A stretch of DNA of 64,000 nucleotides from Terriglobia bacterium (GTDB taxonomy: Bacteria; Acidobacteriota; Terriglobia; Acidiferrales; UBA7541): NCBI GenBank assembly GCA_963695545.1, contig OY968796.1:1504001-1568000 (forward strand), given 5' to 3'. Below are positions 1 to 9,523 of this stretch, piece by piece. Positions within the stretch are counted from its first letter, which is position 1, and each line of letters opens with the position of its first letter. The translations under genes were made by a program, and so were the position numbers. The notes beneath the pieces were generated by a model. That model did no database searches. It saw nothing but the letters and a program-made list of their open reading frames with translations, and was not told the DNA's origin.

Positions 1-519
1 AACAGCGCTCGACTGCTCGACTACGTGAAAAACGGCGGCGTGATCGTGGTGCAGTATCAAGCCGGCGGCCAGTATCGAGCGAGCTTCGGCCCGTATCCAT
101 TCACGCTGGGCTCGCAGATCGTGGTGGACGAAGAAAGCGCGGTGCAGATTCTGAGTCCGAAGGATCCGGCGCTTTCGTGGCCGAATCAAATCACCGCCGA
201 CGATTTCAAGGGCTGGTATGAAGAGCGCGGCCACGGCTTCATGGACGAATGGGACGCGCATTACGACGCGCCTTTCGAGATGCACGACGCCGGCCAAGCG
301 CCGCAGAAAGGCGGATTCCTGTTTGCGCGGTACGGCCGCGGCGCCTACGTTTATCTGGCCTTTGCGCTCTATCGGCAAGTGCCGGAAGGTGTGCCGGGCA
401 GCTACCGATTGATGGCCAACTTGCTCAGCCTGCCGAAGAATCCGCAATTGATCGTGAAAGCCAAGCCAGCATCGCCGAAGCCCGCGTCGCAAGCCGCCGG
501 AGCCGCATCACAGCGTTGA
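1..519 (+). CDS. C-terminal part of a large PIG-L/LmbE-family deacetylase-like protein (5' end outside window)
   Basis: Frame open from base 1. LLDYVKNGG.IVVQY...F.GW.EERG..F...WD..Y...YG.G.YVY..LALYRQ.PEGVPG.YRL.ANLLS resembles the C-terminal domain of long PIG-L family proteins. Confidence 0.65.
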   Translation, partial: NSARLLDYVKNGGVIVVQYQAGGQYRASFGPYPFTLGSQIVVDEESAVQILSPKDPALSWPNQITADDFKGWYEERGHGFMDEWDAHYDAPFEMHDAGQAPQKGGFLFARYGRGAYVYLAFALYRQVPEGVPGSYRLMANLLSLPKNPQLIVKAKPASPKPASQAAGAASQR

Positions 520-571
520 AATTCTGAGTTGTGTAGGCGGCGGCGCCGCGCGCCGGTATAATGCGCGCTCG

Positions 572-2230
572 ATGCCGGCCATATACGAAATTCCCCGCTG
601 GCTCTTCGCTTCAGACCCGGAGTGGAAGCCGGGCTTCTTGAAGGCACGTTGGCTTTTTCTGCGCGCCCTCGGACTGATTTTCTTCTCCGCATTTTTCTCG
701 CTGCTCTTTCAGATTCGCGGCCTGATCGGGCCCGACGGCATTTTGCCCGCGAGCGACTATTTGCCGAACGTCGCGCAGTATTTCGGCGGATTGCGCTTCT
801 GGTTTGCACCAACGTTGTATTGGATTTCTTCAAGCGATCGCGCGCTGATGGCCGTGTGCTGGATAGGAATCGCCGCGTCGGTGCTGCTTACGCTGAATCT
901 GTGGCCGCGCATGACGACGTTCGTGTGCCTCGTCGCGTTCATTTCCTTCATCAGCGCGGCGCAGGATTTTTCGAGCTATCAATCCGACGGCATGCTGATG
1001 GAAGCCGGTTTCTTGTGCTTGTTTTTTGCGCCGCCGGGTTTGCGGCCGGGCCTGGGGCGGCTGCATACGCCATCCCGCGCGAGTTGGTTTCTTTTGGTCT
1101 GGTTGAATTTCCGGATTTATTTTGAATCCGGGATCGCGAAAATCCTGAGCCACGATCCGCAATGGCGCGGCCTTACGGCGATGGATCAGTATTATCAAAA
1201 TGGTCCGCTGCCGACCTGGATCGGCTGGTACGTGCAGCATCTCCCCCATTGGTTCCACGCCGCGACGGTGGTCTACATCCTTGCGGTCGAATTGGTGCTG
1301 TGCTTCCTGATGTTCATTCCCGGGACACTTCTGAAGTTGCTACCCAGTCGAATCCGCGTCGAGCCCAGGACACTGCGCATCGTTTTGTTTTTCATAATCA
1401 CACCGATGCAGATTTCGATCATCCTGACGGCGAATTACGCTTTCCTGAATTACATCGTGCTCTCTCTTGGAATTTTGCTGCTGGATGATCGCTTCCTCGA
1501 TCGCTTTTGGCCGGCTCGATACGCCGCCGCTTCGCCGCTTGAATCCGGTCCCGCAGCTCCGGTTTCTCCCGCCTTCGTCGCGCCAAAACGCGAGTCCGAG
1601 TGGCAATCGGCGCTCAATGGATTGCGACTGTCGGTGAGTGGAATTTTCCTGACGTGGGATTTTTACGTCACGGCCACGCTGCTAATCATCATGGTGTGGC
1701 CCGGAGTGCCAATTCCGCTGGTACCGGCGCGATGGCTCGAACCATTTCGCATAGCCAACCAGTTCGGTTTATTCGCAGTGATGACGCCCGATCGTTACGA
1801 GATCGAGTTTCAAGGCTCTCTCGACGGCAAGACGTGGATCCCCTACGATTTTCGTCACAAGCCGCAGGACGTTACGCGCGCGCCAGGAATTTACGCGCCC
1901 TATCAGCCGCGTTTCGATTGGAATTTGTGGTTCGCGTCGCTGGGAGTTTGGCGCCAGTATCCGTTCGTGTTGAACACCGAGGAGCGCCTTCTCGCCGGCT
2001 CGCCCGATGTGCTGGCCCTTTTCGCGAACAACCCGTTTCCGAACCAGCAACCGCTTCAGGTCCGCGCCGTGTTGTGGCAATACTGGTTTACAGACATGGC
2101 GACGAAGCGCGCGACCGGCGCGTGGTGGCGGCGGGAGCTCGTGGGCCTCTACGCGCCGACGCTCGAACGCGAGCCTGACGGGAAATATCTGATCGTTGAT
2201 TGGCCCGGCGAGGCGCCTGCGGGGCCTTAG
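572..2230 (+). CDS. Lipase maturation factor (LMF1) family membrane protein
   Basis: RWLFLRALGLIFFSAF.SL..QI.GLIG.DGILPA, F.S.Q.DGMLMEAGF, TANYAFLN, R.EIEFQGS.DG.TW.PY.F..KP and APYQPRFDW.LWFA are LMF-family motifs. Confidence 0.9.
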   Translation: MPAIYEIPRWLFASDPEWKPGFLKARWLFLRALGLIFFSAFFSLLFQIRGLIGPDGILPASDYLPNVAQYFGGLRFWFAPTLYWISSSDRALMAVCWIGIAASVLLTLNLWPRMTTFVCLVAFISFISAAQDFSSYQSDGMLMEAGFLCLFFAPPGLRPGLGRLHTPSRASWFLLVWLNFRIYFESGIAKILSHDPQWRGLTAMDQYYQNGPLPTWIGWYVQHLPHWFHAATVVYILAVELVLCFLMFIPGTLLKLLPSRIRVEPRTLRIVLFFIITPMQISIILTANYAFLNYIVLSLGILLLDDRFLDRFWPARYAAASPLESGPAAPVSPAFVAPKRESEWQSALNGLRLSVSGIFLTWDFYVTATLLIIMVWPGVPIPLVPARWLEPFRIANQFGLFAVMTPDRYEIEFQGSLDGKTWIPYDFRHKPQDVTRAPGIYAPYQPRFDWNLWFASLGVWRQYPFVLNTEERLLAGSPDVLALFANNPFPNQQPLQVRAVLWQYWFTDMATKRATGAWWRRELVGLYAPTLEREPDGKYLIVDWPGEAPAGP

Positions 2231-2436
2231 GCTGGCATTTCGGCCAGTTCAACGCCCCGGATTGCCATCCATAAGTCTCTAATCCTAAATAACTTAACTA
2301 AAGTTCCAGGACCATCGGGTGGGTTCAATGGGACCGGATGCCCATTGGTACAGCTCGGTATGGCCGCTACATTCGATTCACGCAGCCGGGATTCCGCAAA
2401 GCAAGATTGATCCCGGGCCGTACTGAGGTGTTCGCC

Positions 2437-3132
2437 ATGTGGTTGGCCCTAGCGGTACTGGTTCTTCACCCACAAATTCATCCGGCACTTTCGATCGATG
2501 TTTCGCAGATCGAAGAGCCCGCAAGCATATCGAGTACGGTCGCGCCTGGCGATTCCAATTCTCTTGCCAACGAGCCGGTGAGCGCGAAGGCGGATTCTTC
2601 GAGCGCCGCTGCTTCGCCGGCACCCGCGCCGGAGACTCCCGCGGCTGCGCCTGCCGAAAGCTCCTCCGCGCTGCCGGCTGCTCCTGTTCCGAACGAGCCC
2701 GGCATCGTGTCGCAGGTCCCTGCGGCGGCGACACTGCCAGTCGCGCCAGGCGGAATCCACAGGGTGAATGCCATGCTGTGGAGCGTGGTCAACCCCAGAT
2801 TTGAAACGCGGCGCGACAAGCGTTTGTGGTTGGGACTTTCGATCGTGCAAAGCACAGCGGCCAGCTTCGATGCGTGGACCACGCGTCGTGAGATTTCATC
2901 CGGTCAAGGCCAGGAATTGAATCCGTTCCTGAAACCGTTTGCGGGCAACTCATCGCTGTACGTTGTCACGCAGATCACGCCGGTGGCGTTCGACTATCTC
3001 GGACACTACATGATGTACAGCCGGCATTCCTGGGAGCGGCACGTGTGGTGGCTGCCGCAGGTTCTGGGCACGGCGAGTTCGCTCGCGGCCGGCGGGCACA
3101 ATCTGACGGTGCGCGCCACGCCTGCACAGTAA
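2437..3132 (+). CDS. Hypothetical exported/membrane protein with Pro/Ala/Ser-rich linker and C-terminal DUF5658-like D.WTT...E.NP domain
   Basis: ATG 2437 follows GAGGTG (2425-2430). Hydrophobic N-terminus, low-complexity middle, and FDAWTTRREISSGQGQELNPF motif. Confidence 0.6.
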   Translation: MWLALAVLVLHPQIHPALSIDVSQIEEPASISSTVAPGDSNSLANEPVSAKADSSSAAASPAPAPETPAAAPAESSSALPAAPVPNEPGIVSQVPAAATLPVAPGGIHRVNAMLWSVVNPRFETRRDKRLWLGLSIVQSTAASFDAWTTRREISSGQGQELNPFLKPFAGNSSLYVVTQITPVAFDYLGHYMMYSRHSWERHVWWLPQVLGTASSLAAGGHNLTVRATPAQ

Positions 3133-3258
3133 AATTAATTTCTTCCCTCTCTCCGCTCTCCGCCAACGTGGAGATGTGACGGCTCCCCTGCAAGCAATTG
3201 CAGCGGGAGCCGTCTCGCTGTAGCATCACCCCAAGAAAATTTCCAAGCGGAGGCGGCC

Positions 3259-4476
3259 ATGGCGGCTGTGGAAGCGGCTGCATCTCCCGCATTGCATTCT
3301 GCGAATGCCGGCGCGGGAGCGGGCGGCGGGCGACTCGTTTCGCTCGATGTGCTCCGCGGCGCGACCATCGCGGCCATGATTCTGGTAAACAATCCAGGTT
3401 CCTGGGCGCACATCTACTGGCCGCTCGAACACGCTGAATGGAATGGCTGGACTCCCACCGATTTGATTTTTCCGTTTTTTCTTTTCATCGTCGGCGTGGC
3501 CATGACGTTTTCCTTCGCCGCGCGCCTCAATCGCGGCTGTGGTCGCGGCCGATTGGCCTGGCACGTTTTCACGCGCAGCGTGATTTTGTTCGCGATCGGG
3601 CTTTTTCTGAACGCGTTCCCCGAATTTTCCTGGCACACGCTGCGCATCATGGGTGTGCTTCAGCGCATCGGCGTTTGCTACCTCGCCGCGGGGTTCGTGT
3701 ATCTAGCCACTTGGCGCGTGGAAGCGCAGCCGGACGGCTCGAAGCGCGCGACCAGCAATTGGATACTGATCGCGGGCTGCGCTGTCGCGCTGCTCGTCGG
3801 ATATTGGGCTGCGCTGAAATTCGTGCCCGTGCCCGGCTACGGAATCGGGCGACTCGATCCGGAAGGAAATCTGGGCGCGTATCTCGATCGAAAAATTATG
3901 GGGGGCCATCTGTGGGACCAATCGGTCACGTGGGATCCTGAGGGGCTGCTCAGCACGCTGCCCGCGATTGCCACCACGCTGCTCGGCATTCTCACGGGCG
4001 AATGGATGCGTTCGTCGCGCAGCGGTGCGCGGAAGGCCGCGTGGTTGGCGATGGTGGGCGCCGTGTTGCTCATTGTCGGTCGCTTAATGCATCCCTTTTT
4101 CCCCATCAACAAAAATTTATGGACGAGTACGTTTGTGATTTTTACCGGCGGATTCGCGATGCTGCTTTTGGCGGCCTGCTATTGGTTCGTGGATCTGAAA
4201 GGCTATCGCCGCTGGGCGGCGCCTTTTCTGGTCTTCGGCAGAAACGCCATCGCCGTTTATTTCCTCTCGATGCTTTTGGTCGAGGTGGCCATCACGTGGG
4301 GATTTCACGATTCCGACGGCGATTTTCAAACCTGGTACAACTGGTTTTACGAAAGGCTGTTCGCCCCGCACGCCAGCCCGAAGAACGCCTCGCTGGCCTT
4401 CGCGATTTTCTACGTTCTGCTGTGGCTCGTGCTGATGTGGCCGCTCGACCGCAAGCGCATATACCTCCGCATCTGA
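3259..4476 (+). CDS. HGSNAT/NagX-like (heparan-alpha-glucosaminide N-acetyltransferase family) membrane acyltransferase
   Basis: RLVSLDVLRG.TIA.MILVN, HAEWNGWTPTDLIFPFFLFIVG, GVLQRI, DPEGLLSTLPAI, PINKNLWT. Confidence 0.9.
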   Translation: MAAVEAAASPALHSANAGAGAGGGRLVSLDVLRGATIAAMILVNNPGSWAHIYWPLEHAEWNGWTPTDLIFPFFLFIVGVAMTFSFAARLNRGCGRGRLAWHVFTRSVILFAIGLFLNAFPEFSWHTLRIMGVLQRIGVCYLAAGFVYLATWRVEAQPDGSKRATSNWILIAGCAVALLVGYWAALKFVPVPGYGIGRLDPEGNLGAYLDRKIMGGHLWDQSVTWDPEGLLSTLPAIATTLLGILTGEWMRSSRSGARKAAWLAMVGAVLLIVGRLMHPFFPINKNLWTSTFVIFTGGFAMLLLAACYWFVDLKGYRRWAAPFLVFGRNAIAVYFLSMLLVEVAITWGFHDSDGDFQTWYNWFYERLFAPHASPKNASLAFAIFYVLLWLVLMWPLDRKRIYLRI

Positions 4477-4524
4477 AGCTACGAAGATGTATTCGGCGCA
4501 ACGGAGTTCCGTCATAATGCGCGT

Positions 4525-5904
4525 GTGCCCGAGCCGATCGTAAATCCCGCCGCGCCGGCCGCCGAATCCGCCGGCGCGCGTCCCGACGACGCGCCCATCA
4601 TTTGCGCACGTGGCATCGAAAAATTTTATCCGCAGCCCGACGGCGGCCGCGTCGAAATCATTGCCCCCTCCAATCTCGACATCTTTCCCGGCCAGATTGT
4701 GGCCCTTCTCGGACCGTCCGGCTCCGGCAAATCGACGCTGCTGCGCATGCTCGCAGGTCTGTGCGCTCCGTCGGCTGGCGGAGTCCTGTGGCACGGCCGC
4801 CCGCTCGATAGCCAGGTGCCGAATGTCGGCATCGTGTTCCAGAGTTTCGCGCTGTTCCCGTGGCTGACGGTGCTCGACAACGTTGAAGCGCCGCTTGAAG
4901 CGCGCGGCGTCGCCGCGGCAGAGCGCCGCGAGCGCGCCGTGCGGATTTTGGACGCGGTGGGCCTCGACGGTTTCGAGACAGCCTACCCCAAGGAATTATC
5001 CGGTGGAATGAAACAGCGCGTGGGATTCGCGCGCGCGCTGGTGATCCAGCCGGAAGTGCTTTTCATGGACGAGCCGTTCTCCTCGCTCGACGTGCTCACC
5101 GCCGAAACGCTGCGCGGCGAATTGCTTGAGCTGTGGCTCGAACGCAAGATACCCACACGTTCGATTTTTCTGGTGACGCACAACATCGAAGAAGCCGTGG
5201 TCCTGGCCGACCGCATCCTCGTTCTGGGCAATCATCCGGCGCACATTCGCGCGGATTTCGAGGTCGCGCTGCCTCAGCCGCGAAAGCGCAAGGATGCGGC
5301 GTTTCTCGATCTGGTCGATCGCATCTATCAGGTTCTCACGCAGCCCACCGCCGATTTCGCGCCGCCGCCGGCATCCGCCGTGCCTGCTGCGCCTCGGGCT
5401 GTTGCGCGCTACCCCTTGCTGCCGCACACGCGGCCGGGTGGAATGGGCGCGCTTCTCGAACTCCTGGCCGATCGCGGCGGCCGCGAGGATTTGCATGCGC
5501 TCGCCTCGGCGCTCTCGCTCGACGTGGATGAGCTGCTGCCCATCGTAGAGACCGCCGAGCTGTTCGGATTCCTCACCGTCGATCAGGGTGACGGCCAGAT
5601 CACGCAGACGGGCAAAGCCTTCGCCGCGGGCAGCATTCTGCAAAGGAAAGAATTGTTTCGCGATGCGGCGCTCGAGCGCGTGCTGCTGCTGCGCCAAATC
5701 GAAGAAGCTCTTCGCGCCAAGGCCGATCACACGCTGCCCGACGATTTTTTCCGCGACCTCCTCGAAGAGCAATTCACGCCCGAAGTGGCCAACAGCCAAT
5801 TTGAAACGGCAATTCAGTGGGGACGCTACGCGGAAATCTTCGACTACGACGCCGACCGCGGCCGCCTGGTTCTCACTGAGCCCTCAGCACTGGATCAGGA
5901 ATGA
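4525..5904 (+). CDS. NitT/TauT-type ABC transporter ATP-binding protein with C-terminal AAA-associated domain
   Basis: Walker A GPSGSGKS, signature LSGGMKQR, Walker B LFMDEP, C-terminal ...AIQWGRYAEIFDYD extension. Confidence 0.9.
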   Translation: MPEPIVNPAAPAAESAGARPDDAPIICARGIEKFYPQPDGGRVEIIAPSNLDIFPGQIVALLGPSGSGKSTLLRMLAGLCAPSAGGVLWHGRPLDSQVPNVGIVFQSFALFPWLTVLDNVEAPLEARGVAAAERRERAVRILDAVGLDGFETAYPKELSGGMKQRVGFARALVIQPEVLFMDEPFSSLDVLTAETLRGELLELWLERKIPTRSIFLVTHNIEEAVVLADRILVLGNHPAHIRADFEVALPQPRKRKDAAFLDLVDRIYQVLTQPTADFAPPPASAVPAAPRAVARYPLLPHTRPGGMGALLELLADRGGREDLHALASALSLDVDELLPIVETAELFGFLTVDQGDGQITQTGKAFAAGSILQRKELFRDAALERVLLLRQIEEALRAKADHTLPDDFFRDLLEEQFTPEVANSQFETAIQWGRYAEIFDYDADRGRLVLTEPSALDQE

Positions 5905-5928
5905 CCAGGAATCGCGAGGAATAGTCGC

Positions 5929-7707
5929 GTGTCCATCTCGGCTCCCACAAGCGCGCAGCCCGAGCCCCGCATCTTCCGCCGTTTTTTCGCAGAGGGCCGC
6001 GTGGAATCGCGCCTCGTGGACGCAGTCGTTTTCGCCGCGATGGGCCTGGCCATTTATGGTCTTTGGCGCACCGGCCACGCGTGGACACAGCCCGCGGCTT
6101 CCGAAGCGCGCATTTCCATGCGGCCTTCGGCACTGCCGGGTTACGCGTTCGATTCGCTGTTGCGGATCGCGATCGCGTACGTGCTCAGCCTGATCTTCGC
6201 CATCGCCTATGGATACGCGGCGGCGCGCTCGGCCGCGGCCGAGCGGATTCTGATTCCGCTGCTCGATGTTCTGCAATCCATCCCGGTGCTCAGTTTTCTG
6301 CCGGCGGTGATGCTGGCGATGGTCGCGCTGTTTCCGTCGCGCCAAGCAGGGCTCGAGTTAGGCTCGATCCTGCTGATTTTTACCGGGCAAGTCTGGAACA
6401 TTGCATTCAGCATGTACGCCTCGCTGCGGGCCATCCCCACCGAGCTCAAGGAAGCCGCACGCGTCTATCGTTTCAGCCCGTGGCAGCGGTTCATCGAACT
6501 TGAACTTCCATATTCGGCCATCGGCCTGGTTTGGAATTCGATGATGTCGGTGGCCGGTGGCTGGTTTTTCCTGATGGCTTGCGAGATGTTCCAATTGAAC
6601 AATCGCGATTTTCGCCTGCCCGGTTTGGGTTCGTATCTTCAGCGCGCTTCGAGCGCTGGAGATACAAAGGCCATTGCCTGGGGTCTTGCAGCGATGATCG
6701 GAGTGATTGTCCTGCTCGATCAGCTCGTTTGGCGGCCGGTAATCGCTTGGGCCGATAAATTTAAAATGGAATCTGTGGGCGCAGCCAACGTCTCGCGTTC
6801 GGCCGTGCTCACGCTGCTGCGCCGATCGGAGCTTGTCGCCGCGCTATATCGCCGGGCCGTGGCGCCTGCGGGAGAGCGGCTGATGTTGTCGCTCGCGCGG
6901 CCTGCGGGGGAATCGCTCGACGCCGCGTCGGCGCAGTTATCTGCGCGTCGCGGTTTGTGGCAACGCGGGCGTGGCGCAGTGGTCTACGCGGCGGCCTTCG
7001 CCGTAACCGCGTGGCTCGCTCTGCATGGCTACAAGCTCATCGTGCAATTGGGCTCGTCGGAAATCCGCCTGCTGCTTCGCGGCGCGGCGTACACGTTCCT
7101 GCGTGTGCAAGGATCACTGCTACTGGGCGCGCTCTGGACGGTTCCACTGGGCGTGGCGATTGGTCTTAGCCCGCGCCTCGCGCGCATCGCGCAGCCGCTG
7201 GTGCAGATTGCCGCCTCAGTGCCGGCCACCGCGCTGTTTCCCGTAATCCTGCTGGCGCTGCTGCGTTTCGGTGGAGGCATGGGCGTCGCGGCGATCGTTC
7301 TGATGCTTCTCGGCACGCAGTGGTACATCCTCTTCAACGTGATCGCCGGCGCCATCGCCATCCCCTCTGATTTGCGCGAGGTTGCCCGAGTTTTCCGCTT
7401 CGGATCATGGAACCGCTGGCGCCTTCTGATTCTACCGGCCATTTTCCCGTATCTTGTGACCGGCTTGATCACGGCCTCCGGCGGCGCATGGAACGCCAGC
7501 ATCATCGCGGAATATTTCCACTTTCGCGGCGCAACGCTTGAAACCACGGGCCTCGGCTCGATCATCAGCAGCGCCACGGATGCGGGGCGGATGGACGTGT
7601 TGCTTGCGGCGACCATGCTGATGGCCTTGATCGTCGTGTCGATGAATCGCCTGGTTTGGCGGCGTCTCTATCGGCTGGGCGAAAACCGCTTCAAGCTCGA
7701 CGCCTGA
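5929..7707 (+). CDS. NitT/TauT-type ABC transporter permease with two fused permease domains
   Basis: Two permease repeats with EAA-like loops (IPTELKEAARVY; IPSDLREVARVF), LDVLQSIPVLSF, GGAWNASIIAE. Confidence 0.9.
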   Translation: MSISAPTSAQPEPRIFRRFFAEGRVESRLVDAVVFAAMGLAIYGLWRTGHAWTQPAASEARISMRPSALPGYAFDSLLRIAIAYVLSLIFAIAYGYAAARSAAAERILIPLLDVLQSIPVLSFLPAVMLAMVALFPSRQAGLELGSILLIFTGQVWNIAFSMYASLRAIPTELKEAARVYRFSPWQRFIELELPYSAIGLVWNSMMSVAGGWFFLMACEMFQLNNRDFRLPGLGSYLQRASSAGDTKAIAWGLAAMIGVIVLLDQLVWRPVIAWADKFKMESVGAANVSRSAVLTLLRRSELVAALYRRAVAPAGERLMLSLARPAGESLDAASAQLSARRGLWQRGRGAVVYAAAFAVTAWLALHGYKLIVQLGSSEIRLLLRGAAYTFLRVQGSLLLGALWTVPLGVAIGLSPRLARIAQPLVQIAASVPATALFPVILLALLRFGGGMGVAAIVLMLLGTQWYILFNVIAGAIAIPSDLREVARVFRFGSWNRWRLLILPAIFPYLVTGLITASGGAWNASIIAEYFHFRGATLETTGLGSIISSATDAGRMDVLLAATMLMALIVVSMNRLVWRRLYRLGENRFKLDA

Positions 7708-7894
7708 GACGCGAGCGAAACTCGCATCCCGCCATCCCTCGACACACGCGGCGAGCCTGTACGGACGGACAGGCTCTCGAAATTTGCACAGCGTGTACAA
7801 ATCGGGTGCGGCTTGGCCGCATCTGACTCCCTAAGGGCGCTCGACTTGGTGTACATTACAAAGTCAGTCTTGAGTCCGCGGAAGAAGGCTAGAC

Positions 7895-9241
7895 ATGAAC
7901 CCGACCCAACCGGCGGTGCGCGTGACCCCGAAAGGCAAGGAGCAGACCGACGCCCGCCGCGATACGCTCAGCGTCACGGATAATCGCACCGGCAAGACGT
8001 TCGAGCTGCCCATTTCCTCCGAGACGATTCGGGCGCTTGATCTGCGCCCCATGAAGGTCGAACCGGACGATTTCGGATTGATGAGCTACGACCCGGCTTT
8101 CACCAACACCGCGCTGTGCAAGAGCCGCATCACCTTCATCGACGGCGACAAGGGCATCCTGCGTTACCGCGGCTACCCGATTGAAGAATTAGCCGAAAAG
8201 AGCAGCTATCTCGAAACCGCCTATCTGATTCTCTATGGCGAGCTGCCCAATCGCGCGCAACTGGACGAGTGGTCCTACCACATCAACCACCACACGTTCA
8301 TTCACGAGAGCATCAAGAAATTCCTGGAAGGCTTCCATTACGACGCCCACCCAATGGGCATGTTGATCTCGACCATCGCGGCGCTGTCCACCTTTTATCC
8401 GGACGCGCGCGACATTTTTAATCAGGAATCGCGCCGCAAGCAGACTTGGCGCTTGATCGGCAAGATGCCCACGCTCGCGGCTTTTTCCTACCGGCACAGT
8501 TTGGGCATGCCCTACGCCTATCCGGACAGCGATTTGAGTTACGCCGGAAATTTCCTGAACATGCTTTTCAAGACCACCGAACAAAAATATCGCCCGAATC
8601 CAACGCTCGAACATGCCCTCGACGTTCTCTTTATCCTGCACGCCGATCACGAACAGAATTGTTCGGCCAACGCCATGCGCTGCGTCGGCAGTTCGCACGT
8701 CGATCCGTTTTCGGCCGCCGCCGCGGCCACTGCGGCGCTCTACGGCCCGCTGCATGGCGGCGCCAACGAAGAAGTGCTGCACATGCTTCTGGAAATCGGC
8801 TCGATCCGCAACGTTCCCGATTACATCAAGCGCGTGAAGTCCGGCGAAAAGAAACTCATGGGCTTCGGCCATCGCATCTACAAGAATTACGATCCGCGCG
8901 CCCGCATCATCAAAGGCATCGCCGACCAGGTCTTCGAGGTGATGGGCCGCAACGCCCTGCTGGACATCGCGCTCGAATGCGAGCGCATCGCGCTGGAGGA
9001 CGATTACTTCATCACCCGGCGTCTCTATCCCAACGTGGATTTCTACACCGGGCTAATTTATCAGTCCATGGGATTCCCCTCTTCGATGTTCCCGGTGCTG
9101 TTCGCGATCCCGCGCACCAGCGGCTGGCTCGCGCAGTGGGAGGAAATGCTGCTCGATCCCGAGCAGAAGATCGCGCGCCCCCGCCAGATTTACATGGGCC
9201 ACGATCAACGCCCCTACGTTCCGATGGATCACCGCGACTAA
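7895..9241 (+). CDS. gltA: Citrate synthase (type II)
   Basis: ITFIDGDKGILRYRGYPIEELA, LHADHEQN, GPLHGGANE, LMGFGHRIYKNYDPRA, YPNVDFY. Confidence 0.97.
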   Translation: MNPTQPAVRVTPKGKEQTDARRDTLSVTDNRTGKTFELPISSETIRALDLRPMKVEPDDFGLMSYDPAFTNTALCKSRITFIDGDKGILRYRGYPIEELAEKSSYLETAYLILYGELPNRAQLDEWSYHINHHTFIHESIKKFLEGFHYDAHPMGMLISTIAALSTFYPDARDIFNQESRRKQTWRLIGKMPTLAAFSYRHSLGMPYAYPDSDLSYAGNFLNMLFKTTEQKYRPNPTLEHALDVLFILHADHEQNCSANAMRCVGSSHVDPFSAAAAATAALYGPLHGGANEEVLHMLLEIGSIRNVPDYIKRVKSGEKKLMGFGHRIYKNYDPRARIIKGIADQVFEVMGRNALLDIALECERIALEDDYFITRRLYPNVDFYTGLIYQSMGFPSSMFPVLFAIPRTSGWLAQWEEMLLDPEQKIARPRQIYMGHDQRPYVPMDHRD

Positions 9242-9523
9242 ATCGCCGGACGTGCGGTGCCGCGCTCGGCGTGCCAAATTGAACCTGATCCCAATCGAAA
9301 CGCTGTGTTGGCAAAACTGAACCGCGCCGATCCGCATCCATTGACTTTCTTCCGACCGGCGTCACAATGGATTCAGAAATCCCCCTTCCAGGAAGCGAAA
9401 CCCGTCACGTCGCGTGACATGGGAATTGTGTCTGTGCCCGTGCTCGCCACGCAGTCCGCGATTTTCATAATGTCGCAGCTCATCCAATCGCCGCCGCCGC
9501 TTCTTTCTCCCACGCAATGGGAC

